Source: Dimorphilus gyrociliatus (taxonomy: Eukaryota; Animalia; Annelida). From it: a stretch of 64,000 nt of DNA. Location: assembly GCA_904063045.1 (NCBI GenBank), contig CAJFCJ010000009.1:1550968-1614967 (forward strand), in the 5' to 3' direction. A model generated the notes under the pieces. That model was not told the origin of the DNA. It made no database searches and saw only the letters and a list, made by a program, of their open reading frames with translations. Shown here piece after piece: positions 28,050 through 38,909 of this stretch (position 1 is its first letter; the number at the start of each line of letters is the position of its first letter). The translations under genes and the position numbers were made by a program.

Positions 28050-28235
28050 AGTGGTTCAGATATGTTATAGAATTTTATATATTTATTTTCATCATTTGTT
28101 ATCCAGATTCTGGACATGTTGCTGTTATTTGAAAGCTGTAGATTTTGTAAAATCCATTTAGGACCATAGTTATATTGTTCAGTATATAGAGATAATAAAT
28201 TCATGAGTCGTAATAACCTTTTATAAGCTGAAACT
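28050..28235 (-). pseudogene. 3' remnant of a C16-C20-type cassette (LBD C-terminus only)
   Basis: Translates VSAYKRLLRLMNLLSLYTEQYNYGPKWILQNLQLSNNSNMSRIWITNDENKYIKFY, paralogous to the last ~60 aa of C17/C18. The DBD and most of the LBD are missing. Boundaries approximate. Confidence 0.8.
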
Positions 28236-28470
28236 TGCAATATTAAATATTATTGGCTTTCTGCTAAATTTTACTTCCTTGTCCATAAAACTTTCAAGAT
28301 GAGAAATCTCGTCCATCGTTCTCGGAGCAATTACAATCGTCTATGTAATGCATACAAATAATTGACAATCTATATAAAATTTTCTAAAATAATGAACAGG
28401 ACGCCCTATTTAAAAAATTTAAATGTAATTACTATTTTACCAATTTATGCAATGTTTTAAATACATTTCT

Positions 28471-29581
28471 TTAAGTGTTCAAGATCTGTTTATAAATTTT
28501 GATATATTCCTTTTCGTCCTTTACTATCCAGATTCTGGAGATATCGTTTTGTCTAGTAAGATCAGGATTTTGTAAAATCCATTTACGACCATAGTTATAT
28601 TGCTCAGTATACAGGGATAATAAATTCATGAGTTGTAACAATCTTTTATGAGATGAAACTCCAAATAAATTATCCAAATATCCTTGAAAAGCGACGAGAA
28701 ACTGATTTTGTAATACTCGAAATTGTGGACATCGATTATTGGGAGTCAGTATGTATATACCTAATAGAAAAACTGATTCTTCATATGTTATGTTGACTTC
28801 TGCTAAAATATCACAATACTTTTTAGTCAAATCAACAAAACTAGAGTCACTTAAATTTTCTAAATCTTCACGTTTTATCATTAATGAATGATCCCTATCT
28901 AGAGTATATATTACACTATCATCTACCCACTTCAGTTTCCCAATAAGTGTTAGAAAGAAACGAATGTCAACTAGACGACTGTGCACAATTGAAAAAAATG
29001 TTCTTTCTTCAACATCTTCAAAACCAGGAAAATTTCTTAAACTTGAAAGAAATTTTTTCATTCCTCTATCATCGATAACATCCATCAAGTCAACGAATTT
29101 CTTTCTGTTGTCGATTTCGACGCCCGTTACATTCAGGATATTATAATACTCGTCTTTAATATAAAAGCCTTGCTCAAATATTGCGGATACAGTTGCGAAT
29201 AATTCCTCGAAATTATCTATCTCTGCCTTAAGGTTTAAATCTAGGAATGGAGAGAAAACATTTGTGCAGCGTATGAAAATATCTTGAAAATTTGAATTCT
29301 TTGGAAGTAGGGGAATAACTTCTTGTTTTTCTATCAAATTCTGGAGATTTAAAGCATTTTGCTTAAGTCTTTCATTACTATATCTTCCCTTTTTAACAGC
29401 GTTTTCGGACATTCCTACCTCAATACATTTTGAAAATCTACAAGATTTGCATAAGAATGCATGATTTTCCAATGGAACACAAAGGCCCTTATTAGTTATA
29501 CAAGGATAGGGTGTAAGCTTTTGTAATGATCTTCTGAAGAAAACTTTACAAGCTTCGCAGGTATAGACGCCATAGTGTAAG
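28471..29581 (-). CDS. NR terminal cassette C18 (young subfamily)
   Basis: Acceptor ctgtgtttcag|C at 29581; LHYGVYTCEACKVFFRRS; 1111 nt. Confidence 0.9.
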
Positions 29582-29967
29582 CTGAAACACAGAATTTAAG
29601 TCCGATTTTTTAAAACAGAGATCTTTTCCTACATGAAACAATAAGATCTCTCGAAACTGAATGGTTAGGAAGAAACGAGACGCTTATGGGTGCCATATTT
29701 TTTACAATATTAAACAGTTTATTTAGTTTACTTCTTGCCAAATATAAATCTCTTTTTGACCAAACTTTCATGACTAGATGTCTCTGTCAATTCTCTTGGA
29801 AATATAGCTATCTTTATGAAAATGTAGAGATGGTATATAATTGACATTCTAATATAAATTTCGTAACATTAAACAAAAGAGGGTTTGATTAAGAAATGTT
29901 TTGTGTAATTATTATCCGACTAAATTATTGTGCAATTAAAACATAGACATTTAATAAAAAGATTTCG

Positions 29968-31081
29968 TTAAGAGTTCAAGATTTGTTTATATATTTTGAC
30001 ACATTCATTTTCATCATTCAGTACCCAGATTTTGCTAACACGGTGGATATTTTTTAGAAGCTGTAGATTTTGCGAAACCCATTTACGGCCATAGTGATAT
30101 TGTTCCTTATACAGTGATAATAAATTCATTAGTTTTAATAATCTTTTATGAGACGAAACTCCAAATATATTATCCAAATATCCTTGAAAAGCGACGAGAA
30201 ACCGATTTTGTAATACACGAAATTGTGGACACCGACTATTCGGAGTCAGTATGTATAAACCTAATAAGAAAACCGATTCTTCATATGTTATGTCGACTTC
30301 TGCTAAAGTATCACAATACTTTTTAGTCAAATCAGCAAGACTAGAATCACATAAATTTTCATAATCTTCTCTTCTTAATGTTAACGAATGATCTTTATCT
30401 AAGTGATATTCTACAGTATCATCTACCCATTTAAGTCTTCCTGTGAGTGTTAGAAAGAAACGAACGTCGTCTAGGTGGTTGTGTATATTCAAAAAAAATG
30501 TTCTATCATCAAGATCCTCAAAACCAGGAAAACTTCTTAAAGTTGAAAGAAATTTTTTCATTCCTTTTTGAATTATAATATCCATCAAGTCAAGAAATTG
30601 TTTTCTGTTATCTATTTCTACGCCTGTTACATTCATAATATTATAAAACTCATCTTTCGCATAAAACCCCTGCTCAAATATTCCCGATACAGTTGCGAAT
30701 AATTCCTCGAAATTATCTATCTCTTTTCGAAGGTCTAAATCCAGGAATGGAGAGAAAACATTTGTGCAGCGTATGAAAATATCTTGAAAATTTGAATTCT
30801 TTGGCAGTAGGGGAATAACTTCTTGTTTCTCTTTCGAATTCAGAAGGTTTAAAGCATTTTGCTTAAGTCTTTCATTACTATATCTTCCCATTTTAATTGC
30901 TTTTTTAGACATTCCTACCTCAATACATTTTGAAAATCTACAAGATTTGCATAAGAATGCATGATTTTCCAATGGAACACAAAGGCCCTTATTAGTTAAA
31001 CAAGTATAGGGTGTAAGCTTTTGTAACGATCTTCTGAAGAAAACTTTACAAGCTTCGCAGGTATAGACGCCATAGTGTAAG
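29968..31081 (-). CDS. NR terminal cassette C19 (young subfamily)
   Basis: Acceptor ctgtgtttcag|C at 31081; LHYGVYTCEACKVFFRRS; 1114 nt. Confidence 0.9.
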
Positions 31082-31464
31082 CTGAAACACAGAATTTAAG
31101 TCCGATTTTTTAAAACAGAGATCTTTTCCTACATGAAACAATAAGATCTCTCGAAACTGAATGTTTCAGAAGAAACGAGACGGTTGTGGGTGCCATATTT
31201 TTTACAATATTAAACAGTTTATTCAGTTTACTTTTTGCCAAATATTAACCTTTTTTTGACTAAACTTTCATGACTTGATACGTCTGTCAATTCTGCTTAG
31301 AACTATAGCAATCACTTAGAAAATGTATAGATGGTATATAATTGACATTCTAATATAAATTTCGTAACATTAAAGGAAAAGAGGGTTCGATTTAAATATT
31401 TTTTATGTAATTACTATGCGAATAAAGTGTACTGAAAGCATAGACATTTAAAAAACAGACTTTG

Positions 31465-32578
31465 TTAAGAGTTCAATATCTGTTTATATAACTTGATACA
31501 TTCATTTTCATCATTCAATACCCAGATTTTAGTGACACGGTTGATATTTTTTAGAAGATGTAGATTTTGCAAAATCCATTTACGGCCATAGTGATATTGT
31601 TCCTTAAAGAGTGATAATAAATTCATCAGTTGTAATAATCTTTTATGGGACCGAACTCCATATGTGTTATCTAAATATCCTTGAAAAGCGACGAGAAACC
31701 GATTTTGTAATACACGAAATTGTGGACACCGACTATTCGGAGTCAGTATGTATAAACCTAATATGAAAATTGATTCTTCATATGTTATGTCGACTTCTGC
31801 TAAAGTATCACAATACTTTTTAGTCAAATCAGCAAGACTAGAATCACATAAATTTTCAAAATCTTCTCTTCTTAATGTTAACGAATGATCTTTATCTAAG
31901 TGATATTCTACAGTATCATCTACCCATTTAAGTCTTCCTGTGAGTGTTAGAAAGAAACGAACGTCGTCTAGGTGGTTGTGTATATTCAAAAAAAATGTTC
32001 TATCATCAAGATCCTCAAAACCGGGAAAACTTCTTAAACTTGAAAGAAATTTTTTCATTCCTTTTTGAATCATAATATCCATCAAGTCAAGAAATTGTTT
32101 TCTGTTATCTATTTCTACGCCTGTTACATTCATAATATTATAAAACTCATCTTTCGCATAAAATCCTTGTTTAAATGTTGCTGATACAGTTGCGAATAAT
32201 TCCTCGAAATTATCTATCTCTTTTCTAAGGTTTAAATCAAAGAATGGAGAAAATACATTTGTGCAGCGTATGAAAATATCTTGAAAATTTGAATTCTTTG
32301 GCAGGAAAGGAATAACTTCTTGTTTTTCTTTCAAATTTACAAGACTTGCAGCATTTTGCTTAAGTCTTTCATTACTATATCTTCCCATTTTAATTGCTTT
32401 TTGAGACATTCCTACCTCAATACATTTTGAAAATCTACAAGATTTGCATAAGAATGCATGATTTTCCAATGGAACACAGAGGCCCTTATTAGTTATACAA
32501 GGATAGGGTGTGAGCATTTTTTTTGATCTTCTGAAGAAAACTTTACAAGCTTCACAGGTATAGACGCCATAGTGTAAG
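31465..32578 (-). CDS. NR terminal cassette C20 (young subfamily)
   Basis: Acceptor ttgtgtttcag|C at 32578; LHYGVYTCEACKVFFRRS; 1114 nt. Confidence 0.9.
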
Positions 32579-33056
32579 CTGAAACACAAAAATTAAGTCC
32601 CAAATTTTCACAATGAGAAATCTCTTCTAACTTAGTTATTGTCTAGGTATTCTTTTTCGAATAATTTCACGCATAAATTGTAAATAAAGACATAAAGATA
32701 TTGTTGATATATAATTAACTATTATACAGCTGATGAGGAAAGCGGAGTGCATAATTTTTTTTATGAAATCCAACAAAGGATGCGTTTATCTCTATATTGT
32801 AACATTCAGTATAGAATGCGGAATATAAGGTAGCAAATAAATTTATAGGGAACAAAAACTTTCAATAAATGTTCCTCTCCAAACAGGATTAGTTGAAACA
32901 AGCTACTTGATCTATAAGAGTGACACTTTTTAACGATTGACTTGTAAAGTGATGGAAGGGGAATAAGACAATATTAACCCAAAGGATTGAAAATTTGACC
33001 ATAGCGGTTGAATATAAAAACAAACAGCTTGAAGCTTATTCGGATTGAATCATTGT

Positions 33057-34179
33057 TTATTTCTTTAAGTTTAAGCTTTTAATCATTTTAATACTATCGT
33101 CAATATTTCTTTCAATAAAAAAATCTGTTGAAAATTTTGAAGGAAATTTTTTACAATATTCAATATTTTGTTCAGTCCATTTTTTGGTATGTAATAGCCT
33201 CTCTTGTAGGACACTGTCAAGATTGACTATCTCGGCTAATCTCCTTTCGTACTTGCGACCATAAGAATTTTCTAGATAATTGGTAAAAGCCATCAACATT
33301 CTATTATATATTTCATGAAATTGTGGAAAGGTTCGATTCGGTTTAATGACGTTTAAAGTAATTATTATACAAATTTCATGAAAGCTTAGATTTACATTAG
33401 AAGTTCGGCGTAGCAGTTCTTCTTCACCAGCTAATAAAGTTTCATCGCATAAATTAGCAATGTCTAATCTTTGCATCTCAAGTACATATTTATCGCTGAA
33501 TTCAATACTATAAGAACGTTCACTTAAAGTTACACCTCCGAAAAGTAAAGTAGCATAATTTATTGCATCTTTTGACATTGCTAAAGCTAATAGAAGTTCC
33601 TCCTGTTTTAGATCACGCAAACCTGGTAGTAACATTATTCCCTCAAAAAATCGAGTAACTGCATGCTTTACTAACTGTTCTGTAAAAGTACTAAACACTC
33701 TTCGATTATCGAGCTCTACACCAGTGGCCTCGTAAACGTCCATATAGTCTTCTTTTGAAAATGTTCCTGTTTGGCAAAATGATCTGATTTGTTTGAATAT
33801 CTCATCAAAATTTTGAATTTCTTTTTCCCATTCGATTTTATTGAAGGTTGAAAATGATTTGCAACAGCAAACAATAAGATCTTGCGCGTCTGAATGTTTT
33901 GGCAGAAACGGAATAATTACGTGTTTCCTATCTAATTCCTCAACTAAACATTGATTTTGTCTACGTTTCTGAACAGTATATCTCCCTAATTTTATCGACG
34001 ATTTAGACATTCCAACTCTTAAACATCTATCATATCTACAAGATTGACAAAAAAATCTGAACTCTTTAGTTGGTAAGCATTGCCTCTTTTTTCTCACACA
34101 TTTATAATTTTCAAATTTTGACCAACTCCTACGGAAGAAAACTTTACAAGCCTCGCATGTGTTTGCTCCATAATGATAG
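33057..34179 (-). CDS. NR terminal cassette C21
   Basis: Acceptor attgtttcag|C at 34179; YHYGANTCEACKVFFRRS; 1123 nt. Confidence 0.9.
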
Positions 34180-34395
34180 CTGAAACAATAATATGGCCTG
34201 CATTTGTTTGTTTTAACTTGTTTTTGTTTTCATAAAGATTCTTTTATTTCAATTACTATATTCAAAAACGGAATATTTAGACATTTATAACACCATGACT
34301 TGAAAAAGCGCGGCAAAATGAAGCAGAAAACAATGCAAGCAGACTAGGGAACGATTCAAATAAAATCATAATGCATTATTGAACAAATATAGTAC

Positions 34396-35506
34396 TTAAA
34401 CTAATTGCAGCTGATCAATTTTATCAATACATGCTTCTAGATCTGCTACTCCCCAAAGGCACAAAAGGAGCTCGCTACTATACATATATTTCAAATAAGC
34501 TGTATTTTCTTGCCAATATTTAGATATTAGCTTTTCTTGTTCATTCAAATATGCTAAACTATTTGCAATGTTCAATAAGCGTGTATGGAAATTTTCTCCG
34601 TAGGTGCTATGCAAATATCTATGAAAACTAAGAAAAAGTCTATTATTTGCTTCTTTTAGAAATAAGAATTTCTTATTTGGAGTTGTTAAGTTTATAGCTA
34701 GAATAAGCATGACTTCTTCGGGTGAAAAATTAATTTCTGACAAACGTGTAAAACAGTCGCTTTGAATCTCAATGACATTTTTACCAGATAAGTTTTCAAA
34801 ATCTCTTTTTGAATATTTTATCGTTTTATCTTTGTAAGTAAACTGTGTGTCATGAGAGAAGAATCGGCTCATACCGATATTGAATGCTAGTGTCACTAAA
34901 TATTTATTCTGAAAGAAAATCTGTAAAAAATCTCTTTTTGATAATTTATTTAACCCAGGAAATGTGCTTGTAACTTTCAAAAGTTTTGTCAGAGAAACTT
35001 CCATAAATTTCTCAGCTAATTGCAACATAAATTTCCTACCATCTATTTCAACCCCTGCAACAGTTAATACATCCACATATTGGTCATAAGAAAACGTTCC
35101 CTTGTGATTATGATACAAAGCTGCATCAAATAACGTTTGAAACCCTTGAATTTCAGAATTCCAGTCAATTTGTTTTAGATCAGTATAAGCATTCACACAC
35201 CTAACTATAATATCATCTGAATCGCAAAACTGAGGTAGTAAAAGCGGCTGATTGCTAAGTTTGTTTAACTTCATTTTATTATACATCTTTCTTTCTTTTG
35301 TGTATCGACCTATTTTTACAGAAGTTTTAGACATGCCTATTGCCCTGCATCTATGGAGTCTACATTTTTTGCATGCAAATATAAAATCACTTCTAGCGAT
35401 GCATTGACCCCTTTTGTTCACACATGCATATTTGGATGTATCATCATTATGTCTCCTCCGAAAAAATACTTTGCAAGCTTCGCACGTGTATGCTCCATAG
35501 TGGAAA
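34396..35506 (-). CDS. NR terminal cassette C22
   Basis: Acceptor tattttccag|T at 35506; FHYGAYTCEACKVFFRRR; 1111 nt. Confidence 0.9.
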
Positions 35507-35700
35507 CTGGAAAATAATGAATCTAAATTGCAATGAAAGATCTTTTCAAATATAAACTATATATATATATATATATTAGTATATATATTGCTTTGTTGCA
35601 CTTATACTTTTTTCTCAAATTTTGATTGAAGTTTATTGATTAATTGAACACGTTGATAAATATAAAGACTACAACTTCTCTATTTTTCTTCATTATCAAT

Positions 35701-36820
35701 TCAAAACAGTTCAAGATTTTCTAATTTTTTTATATTTTCTTCTAAGTTACCAACTTGCCATAGACATTTAAATATGTGACGATCGTAAACATAATCAAGA
35801 TATTTAACATTCTCTTTCCAATACTTTTGTATTATACTTGATTGTTCATTAAAATAAGCTAGTGAGTTAACTATAGTAAGTAGACGATTGTGATGTTTCG
35901 ATTCGTACTTATTCTTAAAATACCTATCCATAGTTAATAGTATACGATTATTTGCAGCAGATAAATGGGGAAATCTTTTTTGTGGTCTAGTAAGGTTGAG
36001 TGCAATTAAAAGCACTAATTCTTCGGTAGTTAAATTAAGTTTTGTTAATTGCCTATGACATTGTTCCTGTATCTCAACTATCTTTTTATCGCTGAGATTT
36101 ACAATATCACTTTTATTTACTTTCAAACAGCTCTCATCTAATTTCAATTCATATTTATCTGCCTGCCAACTTTGTATCATTATAAAACTGATAGCTATAT
36201 GAACTATGTTTGAATTCAAAAAGAAATTCATCAGGAAGTTCTCTCTTGATAATTCCTTCATACCTGGAAATTGCTGAGTGTTTGCTAATAATCTTTTAAC
36301 GGCTACTTCTAAGAATTTCTCTGATAAATTTGATATGTGCTTTCTACCGTCAACTTCAACGCCTGTTACTTCAAGAACGTCCATAAATGTGTCTTTGGAG
36401 AATGTACCACACTTAGTCTCATTCATGGCAGTATTAAGTTTAAATTGAAAATCTGCTATTTCCTTATTCCAACTAATACTTTGAATATTATTGAAAATAG
36501 TAGAACATTCTACTAATAAATCATCGCAATCCGTAAAATTCATCAAATATGGTACTTTCGATTGTTTATATTCGATCGTATCTAACTGTGCTTTATTTGA
36601 AAGTTTTCTCTTGTTGGTATACCGTCCTATCTTTATATTACATCTTGCCATACCGACTTCCACACATTTATTATATCTACATTGTGAACAATTGAATAGA
36701 AATTTATCTGATGGAAAACATTGATTTCTGCCGTTCAGACAAAGTATTTCTGTTTTTCTATTCTTAATACGACGAAAAAATACGTTGCAGGCTCCACAAG
36801 TATAAGCTCCATAGTGAAAA
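35701..36820 (-). CDS. NR terminal cassette C23 (atypical P-box CGACNV)
   Basis: Acceptor cctcttcttag|T at 36820; FHYGAYTCGACNVFFRRI; 1120 nt. Confidence 0.88.
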
Positions 36821-37093
36821 CTAAGAAGAGGAAAGACGATATATTCTTTAAAAATATTCAGATATTTTAGATATATATGTATTAAAAATTTGTACTCATA
36901 ACAATGTCATATATATATTATTTGCATAATAAACAATTCCATTCTTATGTTGAACTATAAATCTATTTTAAAAAACGATAGATATTAATATAAAAAAATA
37001 TGACTCATTGGAATTTTTGTCTAAATACACGTTTAGCTATGTCGAAATATGTGCCATATGTTTCACAAGAGAACAAATTGAACAATTCTTGTA

Positions 37094-38225
37094 TTACGAA
37101 ATTTTCAATGTCATTAATGAATTGATAAGGGAGGTTGCATTTGATTCAAGCCATAAAACTTTGGACAAATCATCGTCAAATAAATAATTATAATAATCAT
37201 ACTCTTCTTTCCTACAGTTTTTCCTTTCAATTAAACCCTGTTCTCTCATATTTGATATGAATTTTACTATTTGAAATAATCGTTTATGATAAAATTTTCC
37301 GTGCCTACTCTCCAAATAGCGTGTGAGAGCAGACATTATATGATTATGAATAGCTTTAAGATGTGGATATTTTTTTCTAGGTGTACATAAAGTAGCAGCA
37401 AATAATAAAACTGTTTCTTCATAATTTAATACTATTTCGTCGAGATCGTTGTGGAAATGCTCCTGATTGTGAACGGTATTTTCACCTGATAAATTATACA
37501 ATTGGGCCTTGTGTATAGCCAACTCGTACTCTCCAAATTTCATTACAGAGTAATCATCTTTAAAATAATGAGTACTTGATAGATTTAATACAAGCGATAG
37601 ATCGTCGGGCATTCTTAATATATTCATAAAAAAATCTCGTTTGTCTAATTCTAACATACCGGGTAGTTTAATGACTATATTTAGTAAACGGTGAAAGCTT
37701 GTTCTAAGTACTTTCTCCCCTAGTGAAATCATACATTTCCTACTGTCCATTTCAACTCCTGTTGTTTGCAAAATGTCGTTGAAAGCCTCCCTGTGTATCA
37801 TATTGTGTGAAAAGATATTTGAGATTTTATTAATATCATCTCTTAAGCCCTTAATTTCTTTTGGCCAATCAATATTCATCATATCGGAAAACAATACTGA
37901 AAATGTGACAATTGTATCATCAACCTCGGTATAATTAAACAGATAAGGGACTAAGAGCTTTTTTTGGTTAATATCGTTAGCTATCTTATCATTTTCCAGG
38001 CGCTTCTCCACGCTATATCTACCGATTTTGGCAGCTTTTTTACACATTCCTATACTAATACATTTATTATATTTACAAGATTTACAGGTAAATTTGTAAT
38101 CTGTAGAAGGATTGCATAAACCTCTTCCAGTTTGACATTTCACTAGAGATGATTTCCTATCAGACTTCAATGCTCGATAGAAAAAGGTTTTGCAAGGGTG
38201 ACAAGTATTTGCTCCATAATGATAG
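37094..38225 (-). CDS. NR terminal cassette C24 (most proximal; atypical P-box CHPCKT)
   Basis: Acceptor atttaaacag|C at 38225; YHYGANTCHPCKTFFYRA; 1132 nt. Confidence 0.88.
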
Positions 38226-38909
38226 CTGTTTAAATTGAAATTTGTCTAGAATTAAGATCAATAGGGTAATTCCAAATGACGTATGAATATATTATTCTCA
38301 TTTCTATTTATATACACATTACCAAGTAAACTGGTTCAATAACCTGAACCTGGTAATTTGTATAATGGACCTATTAACTACCTTTTACAAAAGAAAGAAA
38401 ATTTGTGTTGTTGGCACAAACTACTAAACAGCGGTGATAATTTCCAATCTTATTTATCACATTAAATATAGATAGTTACTTTATCAGAATGAATAGCTGG
38501 CTGTTATCAATGATATTTTAGGATAACTAGTATTGATTAAATTTTCTTTACAATAAAATTATTTTCATATTTTTGGGTTAAATATCAAAACATATTTTTT
38601 ACATATATATTTACGAACAGCCGACAGTCATAACAATATAAATTAATTAAATAAAATGTTAACGACTTGCGTGAATGATAATTTAAAGAAAACGAGAAAT
38701 ATTCTATTTTGTCTATAAGACTTAAAGATGGCGGTTTTTACTGTGGAATACTTTCTTTTACAATTAAGATTGTCTCGACAACAAAGCTTTATAAAACACT
38801 AACAATCGCAAATCGATTTAACCTCTCGTTGGAGGTAAGAATATATACAGGACTAACAAAACGAATATCACCCACAAAAATCAATTGTGTACACGAATAC
38901 ATAAAGTGT

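Larger units (their letters stand above)
25055..32620 (-). repeat. Recent tandem duplication block, ~1.5-1.7 kb unit (C16-C20 plus remnant)
   Basis: Acceptors at 29581, 31081 and 32578 are 1500 and 1497 bp apart. The non-coding spacers 29582-29960 and 31082-31460 are visibly near-identical. Confidence 0.9.

Noticed and set aside
11262-30326. Many 60-110 aa plus-strand ORFs inside the array (e.g. 11262, 14126, 14453, 15453, 18664, 25338)
   Set aside because: Antisense shadows of cassette coding sequence; they recur only because the cassettes are paralogous.
25055-32620. CRISPR-like array or transposon
   Set aside because: The repeat units are whole coding cassettes in eukaryotic DNA; no transposase, RT, TIR or short repeat-spacer pattern seen.
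3647-38225. 24 independent NR genes using the ORF-track starts
   Set aside because: Many starts are TTG/GTG/ATT-type or lie in the polypyrimidine tract or mid-DBD, and they are not at a conserved position. The products would lack two zinc ligands, and the spacers are too short for separate 5' ends.
3647-38225. Nematode-style operon resolved by spliced-leader trans-splicing
   Set aside because: An SL adds no coding sequence. The first in-frame ATG after the acceptor usually lies past the P-box, so the intact HYG/P-box region would be untranslated. Not formally excluded without RNA data.
3647-38225. Array of pseudogenes
   Set aside because: All 24 frames are open from acceptor to stop, with conserved cysteines, despite strong divergence.
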